From the NCBI GenBank assembly GCA_013285465.1, contig CP053449.1:192870-256869 (forward strand): DNA of 64,000 bases, in the 5' to 3' direction. Position numbers and translations under genes: made by a program. Positions 19,919-29,673 of the stretch are shown in pieces (positions within the stretch are counted from its first letter, which is position 1; each line of letters starts with the position of its first letter). The stretch is from Pseudomonadota bacterium (GTDB lineage: Bacteria; Pseudomonadota; Alphaproteobacteria; Micavibrionales; CSBR16-224). Below the pieces are notes generated by a model. That model was given only the letters and a program-made list of their open reading frames with translations. It was not told the DNA's origin and did not search any database.

Positions 19919-21124
19919 ATGCGTAAGACCTCTTTAACACTCACAGTTGCAGGCTTTGCCCTGATTTGCACAATGACGACAGCCAAGGCGCAGAGCCCCG
20001 GCGTCGAAGTGAATTACGATGTTTTGAAAAATACGGCGATTCACCAACATTATTCCGTGCAGAAAGAAAAAGAACGGGAAGCGCGTGAAAACATGCTGTC
20101 TGCTCCGGAAAATATGACGGATGAACAGCCTGTGCAATCTGGTGTCAGCGGAACGGGCGCCTTTTTGACCGGGCCGGAAGTGTCGGGTGAAATTCTGGAC
20201 GGCGCTGCGCCCGTACTGACCGATCCGATGCCGCATCAGGAAGATGCTGCGGCAGATGCGGAAAAACTGTTTGAAGAAATGCAGGGCGTGCAAACCGCGC
20301 CTGAACAGGAAATGGCTGAAGAATTGCCGCATCCCGCCGAAGCAGCGCCGGAAACGGTTATCAACTGGGTTGAAGAAGAAAAAGCTGCGGAAACAGCCGC
20401 ACCTGCTGACGCCCCTGTTGTGGAGATGATGCCTGCCGATCCGCGCATCCTGAAAACCGCGCCGGATGAACTGCCGGAATCTTTGCGCCGTGAAATGATG
20501 GGGATTCCCTCCGGCGATACCGAACAGCACTCTGCCGCTCCTGTGGAAGCACCTGTTGTTGCGGCGCCGGAAATAGAGACAAAAGCGGAGGTGATGCCGG
20601 AAAAGATTGTGCCGCGCCCGTTGCAACGTCCTGCTGCTGCAAAACAACAGGCTATAGAGAAGCGTGAAGCGCAGGAAGCCGTGTCTGTACCGGAAGCTCT
20701 GCCAATGCCGGATAAGGCACCTGTGGAGGAAGTGGCGGCCGAGAAACTGCCCTTGCCGGAAGCCAGCCTGATGCCGGAGGCGTCAGTAGCCCCTGCGGTA
20801 TCCATGGATGTCGAAAATGCGGTTTCCCTCGCCTTTGACGGCAGCGAAAGCCGCATTACGCCGGAAATGGAAACCGTGTTGAAAGATATCACCACGCGTC
20901 TCGCCGCTGATAACGGGTTGCGTGTCCAGCTGAACGCCTTTGCCAGCGGTGAAGCCGGTAATCAAAGCAGCGCCCGCCGTATCTCGCTGTCACGCGCTTT
21001 GTCGGCGCGTGATTATCTGGTGGAACATGGCGGTATTACGCCGACCCGCATGGATGTGCGCGCTTTGGGTGACCAGACGCAAAAACAGCCGATTGACCGC
21101 ATCGACTTTGTTTTTGTAGAGTAA
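19919..21124 (+). CDS. OmpA/MotB-domain periplasmic protein with a long P/E/A-rich linker
   Basis: Signal peptide (TMTTAKAQSPG), about 250 aa of low-complexity P/E/A sequence, and a C-terminal OmpA-like domain (RVQLNAFASGEAGNQSSARRISLSRALSARDYLVEHGGI). Confidence 0.7.
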   Translation: MRKTSLTLTVAGFALICTMTTAKAQSPGVEVNYDVLKNTAIHQHYSVQKEKEREARENMLSAPENMTDEQPVQSGVSGTGAFLTGPEVSGEILDGAAPVLTDPMPHQEDAAADAEKLFEEMQGVQTAPEQEMAEELPHPAEAAPETVINWVEEEKAAETAAPADAPVVEMMPADPRILKTAPDELPESLRREMMGIPSGDTEQHSAAPVEAPVVAAPEIETKAEVMPEKIVPRPLQRPAAAKQQAIEKREAQEAVSVPEALPMPDKAPVEEVAAEKLPLPEASLMPEASVAPAVSMDVENAVSLAFDGSESRITPEMETVLKDITTRLAADNGLRVQLNAFASGEAGNQSSARRISLSRALSARDYLVEHGGITPTRMDVRALGDQTQKQPIDRIDFVFVE

Positions 21125-21161
21125 CGGGTGAGTTTATCTGTTACTTTATGCGGCACGGTTA

Positions 21162-21677
21162 ATGAAAAAATTACAAAAATTCCTAATTCTATTGCCGTTA
21201 CTTTTCGGGATTTCCGCCTGTGTGCCTGCGGAAATACGCCCGCTATCCGAATGGTCCGTCTTTAAAAAAACATCCCCTCCTGCTGCTGCGGGACAGAATA
21301 CTGCGCCGCGTGCGGCAGTTGATCCGCGGCCATACGGGCCGTTTATTCAGTGTACGGTTTTTGACGGGCAGGCAAAATTCCCGTCCGGCTGGTTCCCGCT
21401 GCAGAATACGGATTTTAAAATCCGCCGCGGTGACAGCAACAGTTTTACCCTGCACAGCAAGAAAAATGAAATGCGTGAAATTTATGTGCGTTTTGACGAT
21501 GCCGGACAAAAAATGGTGTTCTGCCCTGAAACGGATGATGCCGGACGGAACGGTAAAATTCCCTGTTACAGCATTTACGCGCTGGAAGATGATTTTGATG
21601 CGGGTATTAAGCGCACTTTTGATGTGCCCAAGGCTGTACGCGGCAGTGAGATGACCTGCAAGACCGCTACAAAGTAA
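21162..21677 (+). CDS. lipoprotein, function unknown
   Basis: Lipobox LLFGISAC after a hydrophobic leader; 171 aa. Confidence 0.6.
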   Translation: MKKLQKFLILLPLLFGISACVPAEIRPLSEWSVFKKTSPPAAAGQNTAPRAAVDPRPYGPFIQCTVFDGQAKFPSGWFPLQNTDFKIRRGDSNSFTLHSKKNEMREIYVRFDDAGQKMVFCPETDDAGRNGKIPCYSIYALEDDFDAGIKRTFDVPKAVRGSEMTCKTATK

Positions 21678-21696
21678 AATTTTTAGAGGAAAATAC

Positions 21697-22863
21697 ATGA
21701 GTAGAATGGTTGCGGTTGTTATTGCCGTCTTGCTGACTTGTCTTGCTGTAGTCGGAGTAGCGGAAGGCGAACCCCCGTGGAGCGATAATCCCGATTACAA
21801 AAGCCCTGCGGCGGTTGATAAACCGCGTGCGACATTTTCTATGGCGACTTTGTCGGAGCTTGATGGTGTTTTGCGCCCGACATCAAAGCACCAAATTCTT
21901 CACCATTTTACGTCTTTTACAATGCCAAGCGATTTATGGCTGGTAGAGCGTCAAATAAGAAATGAAGCCTTCTACGAAAAACATAAAAACGAGAAGCATT
22001 GGAGTTTTACCCGTTATGCCGGATATCCCCTACGGAAGAACGGAGTTACTTTGTATGATGAGAAGAATCATGTGCAAATTGCGGCGAAATATGCCGATGC
22101 GCCGCAAACCGGTCACATTGTTCGCTGGGTAAAAGAACAGCCAATAACTGTTGCATTGCTTATAGATCAAAATATGGATTTAGAAGATTTTCGCAAATGG
22201 AATATTTCCTTTAAAAATGATCAGGAGCAGCGGGACTATCTGGAAACTGTAAAGCAAATAAGGCGGGACACGCTGCGTGTATTCGAGCGTTTAAAGCCGC
22301 GTTTGGAAGCGGCAACAGGGCTAAAGCTGGAATTTGTTGAGAAGCCGGATAAGGACGTTTTCTACAAAAAATATGATGGCGATCCCTGTAAGAGCGCTGA
22401 TATTACCATCCAGTTCGGGATTAAGAAAAGTTGCAGGCGTCATGGTAGAGCAAGAGCGGATTTTGACCCTGATGATGAAATCGCTTTTCAAGCTTATGAA
22501 GTTGTTTTTCCAATTTTGCACAGCCAATACAACGCACGCAGTATTCGGGAATTTTATAAGGGAGGGCAATATCTGAAAATTATCTTCGGCGTTTCCGAAA
22601 TCGGAGAGGATTACAGCATTAAAAGCAGTATATGCAATGCCCGTGGCGGGCCGATGCCTGAAGGTAAAATATTGCGGGAAAAGTTTCTGGAGAATTGTCT
22701 GATTACAGCACTCGGCCTGCGTATGGACAGCGATTTTTATGATTTTGATTATCTAATGTTTCTACTTGATAGTCTTTACGGCATGGAAGCGGGCTGGACG
22801 TATCAGCAATATGTGTCGCCTAACCTCATGCAACGTGTGACACATTCCAAAGTAGAAAAATAA
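21697..22863 (+). CDS. secreted or membrane-anchored hypothetical protein
   Basis: N-terminal hydrophobic segment MVAVVIAVLLTCLAVVGVAEG. 388 aa, AT-richer than the core genes, no family recognised. Confidence 0.5.
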   Translation: MSRMVAVVIAVLLTCLAVVGVAEGEPPWSDNPDYKSPAAVDKPRATFSMATLSELDGVLRPTSKHQILHHFTSFTMPSDLWLVERQIRNEAFYEKHKNEKHWSFTRYAGYPLRKNGVTLYDEKNHVQIAAKYADAPQTGHIVRWVKEQPITVALLIDQNMDLEDFRKWNISFKNDQEQRDYLETVKQIRRDTLRVFERLKPRLEAATGLKLEFVEKPDKDVFYKKYDGDPCKSADITIQFGIKKSCRRHGRARADFDPDDEIAFQAYEVVFPILHSQYNARSIREFYKGGQYLKIIFGVSEIGEDYSIKSSICNARGGPMPEGKILREKFLENCLITALGLRMDSDFYDFDYLMFLLDSLYGMEAGWTYQQYVSPNLMQRVTHSKVEK

Positions 22864-22869
22864 TAAATT

Positions 22870-24879
22870 CTAGAACAATCCGAAGCGTTTTTTGCGTTTG
22901 GCCGGTTTTTCAGCGGATTTGTCCGTGGCGGTTTCGGCAGTTTGCGTTTTTTCCTGCGTTGTTTCCGCCGGTGCTGTTTCAGCGTCGGGCTCTTTTTCCG
23001 GCTGTGCCGCTTTGGCGGCGGCTTCCGCTTCGGCTTTGCGTTTGGCTTCTTCCTCGGCGGATTTTTTTGCCTCGGCATCGGCCTGTTTCTTTTTCGCCGT
23101 ATTGATCAGAATCTGCTGCATACCGCTGAGATCTTGCGCTTTTTGTTCCATGAAGCGTTTGAAGTTTTTCTGCACTTCCGGTGACGCGGTCTGGAATTGC
23201 GGACGCAGGGTCAGTTCGGTATCGCCCTCTTTGGGCTGTTCGGCGAAAATCTTTTGTACAGCCAGTAAATGATCAACGGAGCGTTCGATTTCCGGTGCAA
23301 AGGCTTCGACCGGAACGATGTTCAGCATACCGTTACCTTTCGGATCATCGCGTTCGTCAATATAGAAATAATCGGCCTGCGACATGTTGCTCATACCGGG
23401 GAAGAGGGTCGATTTCAGACGGTTGGTCGGACGGGTGACGTTTTCCACCGATACAATGGCATTGATCATCAGATATTCCGCACAGGCCGCTGTATCTTCA
23501 TTGGCAGGCAGATTCTGCATGGCGAAAACATATTTCCCCATAATGTCATTTTCCAGCGGAGCCAGCACTTCCTTCATCTGCTCACCCAGTTCGGTTCCGG
23601 CAAAAGCATCAAGATTGCTGTGACTGGAAATCAACTGCCCCGGGGTTGTGGCTTTGGAAACGGTATTATTTGCGACCATGGCCGAGAGCGGCGTCATCGG
23701 CGGCAGACCCGTTTTGATATCGCCGACAACTTTCTGGCGGTAATCGGGATCGGTATCGATTTTGTCGAAAATAGCGGCCAGCGGGAAGATCATCTGCTTG
23801 CCCGTCGGCTCGTGCATCAGCGGTACAAAGGCGGCTTTCACAGCACCGCGCGCGGCATCATAATTGCCCTGACTTTCAAAATAATCGACGGCCTGCGGCA
23901 GCGGAACGGATTTGACGCTCTTTTTCTCTTCCGTATCTGCGGCGGCGGCATCTGCAGTTTTCTCTTTACCGGCAGTTTTTTCATCTTTTTTGTCTGCCGT
24001 TTTTGCGGCATCCTCACCGACCGGATTTAACGGCACTTGTGCGATCTGGAACATGCTGTCTTTGGCCAGATAGGTTTCGACCATATCGGCAAGGCTGTAG
24101 GAGCCCCAGATCGTCGAATCGACCAGATAACGCATATTTTCGTCGAAATCCTCGGCAAAGCTTTCCTCGTCATCGCGGTACTGCCCATGCAGGGCGGAAT
24201 AGACCAGAAACGGCAGGGCTGCCTTCTGTTTGTCTTCAGGCGTACTGAAAGTTGCGGCATCGGCAAATTTGCGTGCGGCGCTGAGCGTATCCTGAATCAT
24301 GTCATATTGTTCATTGTAGAAATGCTGCTTCATTTCGTCGGCATTGCCGCCGGTCATGGTGGCTTGCATTTCCAGCTGCTGTTCCATTGCCGTCTGGTTG
24401 GTGATGATGTCTTCCATAAAGACTTCATAAGCCAGTTTGACAACGGGGTCATCGGGCAGCTGTTTGGTCGCGTAGTCTTTGTCCATATAGGCGCGGTTGA
24501 TCATTGAGCCGGTAATCAGGCTGACATTATCCAAAAAGACATCTTCCGAAATCGGTGATGTTTCGCCATCGGCATTGACGAATTTGCCTTCGGCGCGGCG
24601 GCTGAGCATATTATTGACGGTTTCGCCGAGTTTCGGCTCGATCTTTCCGAAAAATTCCGGGGCGGAGGCCAGCGCTTCATAGGCATTGGCAAAGGCTTTT
24701 GCCGCCAGTTTGGTTTGCGCTTTATCGCCTTCATATGATTTGATCTGGTCGAGAACGGCGGTAAAGACTTCCTCCGCTGCGTAATTATCTTCTGTCATGA
24801 CGCTTTTGATCGACTTGTGCAATCTGTCGTAATCAGGCTTTACCTCTTCGGGCAGCCGTGTATCTTCAAAAGCCATCAT
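22870..24879 (-). CDS. large orphan protein with a K/E/A-rich tail ending in a basic-hydrophobic tip
   Basis: 669 aa with no signal peptide. C-terminus: ...KKKQADAEAKKSAEEEAKRKAEAEAAAKA...KPAKRKKRFGLF. Confidence 0.55.
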   Translation of the reverse strand: MMAFEDTRLPEEVKPDYDRLHKSIKSVMTEDNYAAEEVFTAVLDQIKSYEGDKAQTKLAAKAFANAYEALASAPEFFGKIEPKLGETVNNMLSRRAEGKFVNADGETSPISEDVFLDNVSLITGSMINRAYMDKDYATKQLPDDPVVKLAYEVFMEDIITNQTAMEQQLEMQATMTGGNADEMKQHFYNEQYDMIQDTLSAARKFADAATFSTPEDKQKAALPFLVYSALHGQYRDDEESFAEDFDENMRYLVDSTIWGSYSLADMVETYLAKDSMFQIAQVPLNPVGEDAAKTADKKDEKTAGKEKTADAAAADTEEKKSVKSVPLPQAVDYFESQGNYDAARGAVKAAFVPLMHEPTGKQMIFPLAAIFDKIDTDPDYRQKVVGDIKTGLPPMTPLSAMVANNTVSKATTPGQLISSHSNLDAFAGTELGEQMKEVLAPLENDIMGKYVFAMQNLPANEDTAACAEYLMINAIVSVENVTRPTNRLKSTLFPGMSNMSQADYFYIDERDDPKGNGMLNIVPVEAFAPEIERSVDHLLAVQKIFAEQPKEGDTELTLRPQFQTASPEVQKNFKRFMEQKAQDLSGMQQILINTAKKKQADAEAKKSAEEEAKRKAEAEAAAKAAQPEKEPDAETAPAETTQEKTQTAETATDKSAEKPAKRKKRFGLF

Positions 24880-25112
24880 TGTCTTACACCCTCATTCATT
24901 TGAGCCGGAAGGCTCTTTCTACAAGAATCTCACTTACCGCATAATATATGACAATATAACATAATAAATCGTCATATGTCAAATAAATATCCGGTTCCCG
25001 TCATGGGGCAGGCTTATGCCTCTGCCGCTATCTTGCATTACGCGGGCAGACTGCCTAAAGTATTCGCACGGAACAAAAACAACGGAAAAACGAACGAAAA
25101 CAGGATATAAAA

Positions 25113-26780
25113 ATGAGCGAATCCGAACAGCCGCAGCGCGAAAGCATGGAATATGATGTGGTGATTGTCGGGGCGGGACCGTCCGGACTTGCCGCCGCCA
25201 TCCGTTTGAAACAGCTTGCGGCGGAAAAGGGAGCGGAAATCAGCGTTTGTATCCTTGAAAAAGCCTCTGCCGTCGGTGACCATCTGTTATCGGGCGCAAC
25301 AATTGAAACCCGCGCATTGGATGAACTGATTCCCGACTGGGCGGAAAAAGGCGCACCTTTAAAAACCGCTGTGACGGCGGAGAAATTCCTGTATCTGACG
25401 GAGAAAGGCAGCCTGCCGCTGCCGGTGCCGCCGCAGATGAAACCGCCGAAAGGGAAGAAAAACTATATTATATCGCTGGGGGAACTCGGGCGCTGGCTGG
25501 CGGAACAGGCTGAAGAGCTGGGCGTGGAAATCTATCCCGGTTTTGCCGCCGCCGAACTGCTGTACCATGATGACGGCAGCGTCAAAGGGGTGGCAACAGG
25601 CGATATGGGGATCGGCAAAGACGGCGTACGGAAAGACAGTTACGAACAAGGCATGGAACTGCATGCGCGGCAGACGGTTTTTGCCGAAGGCTGCCGCGGA
25701 TCGCTGACGAAAATTTTATTTGAGCAATTCGGGCTGCGTAAGGATTGTGATCCGCAAAGCTACGGTATCGGCATTAAGGAAGTCTGGGAAATCCAGCCGG
25801 AAAAACATCAGGCAGGTCTGGCGATGCATACGGTCGGCTGGCCGCTGGACAGCCGCACTTATGGCGGATCATGGATGTATCATTTTGAAGGGAATCATGT
25901 CTCGGTCGGTTTTGTCATCGGGCTTGATTACGAGAACCCGCATTTGTCGCCCTATGATGAAATGCAGCGTTTTAAACATCATCCTGCCATTGCCAAAGTT
26001 CTGGAAGGTGGTAAGCGCATTGAATACGGTGCACGTGCTTTGTCCGAAGGCGGCTGGCAATCGATCCCGAAATTGAGTTTCCCCGGCGGTTTATTGATCG
26101 GTGATACGGCGGGTTTTCTGAATGTACCGAAAATCAAAGGTACGCATACGGCGATGAAATCAGGCATGGTTGCGGCGGAAGCGGTTTTTGCGCATCTGAC
26201 GGCGGATGAAGCGCCGCAGCAGAATGAATGTACGGGTTATGCGGAATTGCTGAAACAAAGCTGGGTGATGGAAGAGCTGTATAAGGTGCGCAATATCCGC
26301 CCCGGCTTTCACAAGGGTTTTATCATGGGCATGCTGCGCGCGGCATGGGAAACCCTGACAGGCGGTAAATTTTCCGGTACATTGCCTTATAATCACGGCG
26401 ACCACGAGACATTGAAAAAAGCTGATGAGGCACCGAAAATCGCTTATCCGAAACCTGACGGTGTACTGAGCTTTGACAAAATGTCCTCGGTCTTTCTGTC
26501 CGGCACAACGCATGCGGAAGACCAGCCCGCGCATTTGAAACTGGCGGATGACAGTGTGCCTGTTGCGGTAAATTTGAAACTTTATGATGCGCCCGAACAG
26601 CGTTACTGTCCGGCGGGTGTGTACGAGATTATCCGCGATGCGGAGGGCAATAATCCGCAGCTGCAGATCAATGCGCAGAACTGCGTGCATTGCAAGACCT
26701 GCGATATCAAAGACCCGACACAGAATATCAACTGGGTCCCGCCCGAAGGCGGCGGCGGCCCGAAATATGCCAATATGTAA
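25113..26780 (+). CDS. electron-transfer flavoprotein-ubiquinone oxidoreductase
   Basis: FAD fingerprint VVIVGAGPSGLAAA and a C-terminal 4Fe-4S segment CVHCKTCDIKDP; 555 aa. Confidence 0.95.
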   Translation: MSESEQPQRESMEYDVVIVGAGPSGLAAAIRLKQLAAEKGAEISVCILEKASAVGDHLLSGATIETRALDELIPDWAEKGAPLKTAVTAEKFLYLTEKGSLPLPVPPQMKPPKGKKNYIISLGELGRWLAEQAEELGVEIYPGFAAAELLYHDDGSVKGVATGDMGIGKDGVRKDSYEQGMELHARQTVFAEGCRGSLTKILFEQFGLRKDCDPQSYGIGIKEVWEIQPEKHQAGLAMHTVGWPLDSRTYGGSWMYHFEGNHVSVGFVIGLDYENPHLSPYDEMQRFKHHPAIAKVLEGGKRIEYGARALSEGGWQSIPKLSFPGGLLIGDTAGFLNVPKIKGTHTAMKSGMVAAEAVFAHLTADEAPQQNECTGYAELLKQSWVMEELYKVRNIRPGFHKGFIMGMLRAAWETLTGGKFSGTLPYNHGDHETLKKADEAPKIAYPKPDGVLSFDKMSSVFLSGTTHAEDQPAHLKLADDSVPVAVNLKLYDAPEQRYCPAGVYEIIRDAEGNNPQLQINAQNCVHCKTCDIKDPTQNINWVPPEGGGGPKYANM

Positions 26781-26868
26781 GGCGGGTTTCGGCAGAAGGC
26801 TTTCCCTTTGCCCGTTTTTATGCTGGTATAAGCAAGGCATTTTTTAATTATTTGAGGGCGGCTTTTCC

Positions 26869-27714
26869 ATGCGTATTCTGATTATCGACCGTGATCCCTT
26901 ATCCATCAAACTGATGTCGTCGAAACTGGGGCAGGCGGGGCATGAGGTCGTTTGTGACGACAGCAAGCAACGCGCCATCAAATTGGCGGCGGAACAGTAT
27001 TTTGATTGTGTCTTTGTCGACCCGACGCCGCTGAATGATGTGCGTCCCGTGGTGCTGGAAATCTGGCGCGGCCTGAAAAAAGACCAGCATCGCCCTTATA
27101 TGGTGTTGCTGGCGAAAGCGGCGGAACGCGAAGCGGCCATTGGGCGCGGCTGTAATGATGTATTGTTAAAACCTTTGGATGCGAAGGCGCTGGAAACCGT
27201 GGTCGGCAATGCGGCGCGGCTGAATTATTATTACAGCGTTTTTCAGCAGGAGGTTGGTGATTATTTCCCCGAAACGGCAATCGGCGTATTGGGGCAAAAA
27301 GCCTTTGAGCAACTGTTTCTGGCGTCGGTTGATCGCGGGTTCCGTTACGGTGAGCGCAATTGCGTCATGTTTATCCGCGTCAAGAATTTTGAAGAGCTTT
27401 TAAAAAGCGGCGGCGAGAAAGCGGCGAAAGAGGCTTTGGACAAGCTGGGCGAGAAAATCTCCTGGATTCGTCGCCAGAGCGATGTTGTCGGTCATATCTG
27501 CCCCGATACTTTCGGGATTCTGATGCAGCGCCCGATCTATGAAACGGAAGTTTATGACGCGTTTTCCCGTTTTCAGGAAAAAACCAAGGAATTTGTCGCG
27601 ACACTGCCGGAGAAACACCGCCCTGAAGTGCATCTGTCCGTTGTTGAGCTGCCTTATGGTGCGATTCTTTGTGATGACGGTGATACGCGTTTCTCCAAAC
27701 TGGATAACGGATAA
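26869..27714 (+). CDS. response-regulator receiver fused to a degenerate GGDEF domain (A-site lost, RxxD I-site kept)
   Basis: REC: MRILIIDRD...CVFVDP...LLKPLD. GGDEF-like: FIRVKNFEELL...RRQSDVVGHICPDTFGILM, where CPDTF replaces GGDEF and RQSD sits five residues upstream. Confidence 0.65.
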   Translation: MRILIIDRDPLSIKLMSSKLGQAGHEVVCDDSKQRAIKLAAEQYFDCVFVDPTPLNDVRPVVLEIWRGLKKDQHRPYMVLLAKAAEREAAIGRGCNDVLLKPLDAKALETVVGNAARLNYYYSVFQQEVGDYFPETAIGVLGQKAFEQLFLASVDRGFRYGERNCVMFIRVKNFEELLKSGGEKAAKEALDKLGEKISWIRRQSDVVGHICPDTFGILMQRPIYETEVYDAFSRFQEKTKEFVATLPEKHRPEVHLSVVELPYGAILCDDGDTRFSKLDNG

Positions 27715-27725
27715 GGAATAATAAA

Positions 27726-29069
27726 ATGAAAAATATGCCGCTGGAAGATATCTTGAATCAGGCTTTGAAAGCCGGGGCGGATAGTGCCGATATTTTATTG
27801 GCGCATAGTGTTTCGCTTTCAGCCGGTGTACGGCTGGGGAAAACGGAATCGCTGGAGCGGTCGGAAAGTTTTAATCTGGGCTTAAGGGTTTTTAAGGGCA
27901 AGAAACAGGCGATTGTTTCCAGTAATGATATTTCGGATGCGGCGATCAAAACCACGGTGGAACGGGCGGTTGCGATGGCGGGGCATATTCCCGAAGATGA
28001 ATATTGCGGTATCGCTCCGGAAGAGCTTTATGCGCAAAACTGGCAGCATGATGCGGAGCAGCTGGAGCTGGAAGACCGTGTGGCGACGGTCGGGCCGGAA
28101 AGGCTGCTGGAACTGGCGCTTGAGGCCGAAGATGCGGCGCTGAGCGTTGACGGTATTGAAAATTCCGAAGGTGCCAGCGCAGGCTGGGGGCCGGAACATT
28201 ATACTTATGTGACCAGTAATGGGTTCAGAGGCAGCTATGCCCGGACAGGGGCGGGGCTCAGCGTTTCCGTTTTGGCCGGAACGGGAACGGAGATGGAGCG
28301 CGATTACGCCTATCATTCCGCCTGTCATTTTGATGATCTGGAAAGCCCGCAGGAAATCGGCAAACGCGCTGCGGAACGCACATTGAAACGCCTGCATCCG
28401 CAAAAAATCGCTACGGCACAGATGCCCGTGGTTTATGATCCGCGCGTCTCCAATTCCCTGTTGCGGCATTTATCGGGCGCGATTAACGGTTCGTCCATTG
28501 CGCGCGGCACATCCTTTTTGAAAAACGATATGGGTAAACGCATTTTTGCCGAAGGTATTACCGTTACGGATGATCCGCGTATTTGCCGCGGCATCCGTTC
28601 CCAGGTTTTTGATGATGAAGGTGTCTCGTCAGAGGAATTGTTGCTGATTGAAGACGGCGTATTGCAAAGCTGGGTGCTGGATTTACGCACGGCGCGGAAG
28701 TTGAAACTGGAAACGGGCGGGCGTGCCTCGCGTGATGTGTCCTCCCCACCCTCGCCTGCGGTGACCAATCTGTTTATGGGTGCGGGGAAAGTGACGCCGC
28801 AGGAATTGATCGGTGATATCAAACGCGGCATCTATGTGACCGAACTGATCGGCAGCGGCGTGAATATGGTCACAGGCGATTACAGCCGCGGCGCTTTCGG
28901 CTATATGATCGAAAACGGCGAGATTACGCATCCCGTCACCGAAATCACCGTCGCGGGTAATCTGCGCGATATGTGGCTGAACCTGACCCCGGCCAATGAT
29001 CTGCGCCACCGCTACGGCATTGATGCGCCGACCCTGCGCATTGACGGGATGACGGTTGCGGGGAATTGA
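27726..29069 (+). CDS. pmbA: TldD/PmbA-family metalloprotease
   Basis: 447 aa. The N-terminus (ILNQALKAGADSADILL) and C-terminal stretch (GDYSRGAFGYMIENGEITHPV...TVAGN) are typical of PmbA. Confidence 0.85.
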   Translation: MKNMPLEDILNQALKAGADSADILLAHSVSLSAGVRLGKTESLERSESFNLGLRVFKGKKQAIVSSNDISDAAIKTTVERAVAMAGHIPEDEYCGIAPEELYAQNWQHDAEQLELEDRVATVGPERLLELALEAEDAALSVDGIENSEGASAGWGPEHYTYVTSNGFRGSYARTGAGLSVSVLAGTGTEMERDYAYHSACHFDDLESPQEIGKRAAERTLKRLHPQKIATAQMPVVYDPRVSNSLLRHLSGAINGSSIARGTSFLKNDMGKRIFAEGITVTDDPRICRGIRSQVFDDEGVSSEELLLIEDGVLQSWVLDLRTARKLKLETGGRASRDVSSPPSPAVTNLFMGAGKVTPQELIGDIKRGIYVTELIGSGVNMVTGDYSRGAFGYMIENGEITHPVTEITVAGNLRDMWLNLTPANDLRHRYGIDAPTLRIDGMTVAGN

Positions 29070-29088
29070 TGGTGTCAGGCTTGCTCAG

Positions 29089-29430
29089 ATGAATTTTGAT
29101 AAAGTCAAAGAGCGCGGCGTTCTTGCTGTTTTTTCAGTTTTGTTTTTCGTTTGTGTATTAGTTGGATTAATAGCCGCTTACGAAAGCGTGAATGTTGCTT
29201 TGGCGACTCCGGAAGAGTTAAAGTTGTGGCCGTTCGGGTGGGAAGGTGGCGGTTTTAAGTATGAGTCCGCAGAGGTTTATCTGGGAACAGGAATTTTACA
29301 GTCTTATATTTTTGTTCAGGCAATGATTATCGGACTTTATTTTTATATTAAACGGCAGCGGTTTGCAGGTGTTGTTGTTTTGTTTTCTACACTGTCATTC
29401 TGGTTTTTGTTTGTCACATTCATTCCTTGA
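29089..29430 (+). CDS. small three-TM membrane protein carried on a 419-bp insertion
   Basis: ATG 29089 (MNFDKVKERGVLAVFSVLFFVCVLVGLIAAY...). AT-rich with hydrophobic segments. Flanked by the duplicated pmbA 3' end (29042-29069 and 29461-29488). Confidence 0.5.
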   Translation: MNFDKVKERGVLAVFSVLFFVCVLVGLIAAYESVNVALATPEELKLWPFGWEGGGFKYESAEVYLGTGILQSYIFVQAMIIGLYFYIKRQRFAGVVVLFSTLSFWFLFVTFIP

Positions 29431-29460
29431 TAAGAAGGTTTTTTCACCTGCAACTCGGAA

Positions 29461-29488
29461 TGACGGGCTGACGGTTGCCGGTAATTAG
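29461..29488 (+). repeat. relic second copy of the pmbA 3' end (direct repeat of 29042..29069)
   Basis: TGACGGGCTGACGGTTGCCGGTAATTAG versus TGACGGGATGACGGTTGCGGGGAATTGA: 23 of 28 identical. In the pmbA frame it still reads DGLTVAGN-stop, versus DGMTVAGN-stop. Confidence 0.75.
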
Positions 29489-29673
29489 CTGCGGGAAAAT
29501 GCTTTTAAAAGGCGTTTACCGGGCTAATGGTGACTTCGGTAAGTGTTCTATTCTAGCTGCGTTTAATATGCGGGAGCAAGCGTGAAGCTAAGGCGATCAA
29601 TTGACGGCGAGCGTTTACTTGCGGCGGGAAACGGCTTATTCTTTTATGAATGGAAAAATAAGGGTTTTGCATT

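Noticed and set aside
20236-20895. 219-aa and 237-aa minus-strand ORFs within the OmpA-domain gene
   Set aside because: They are antisense to a P/E/A-rich coding region, which automatically generates long open S/G/A-rich reverse frames. There are no start signals.
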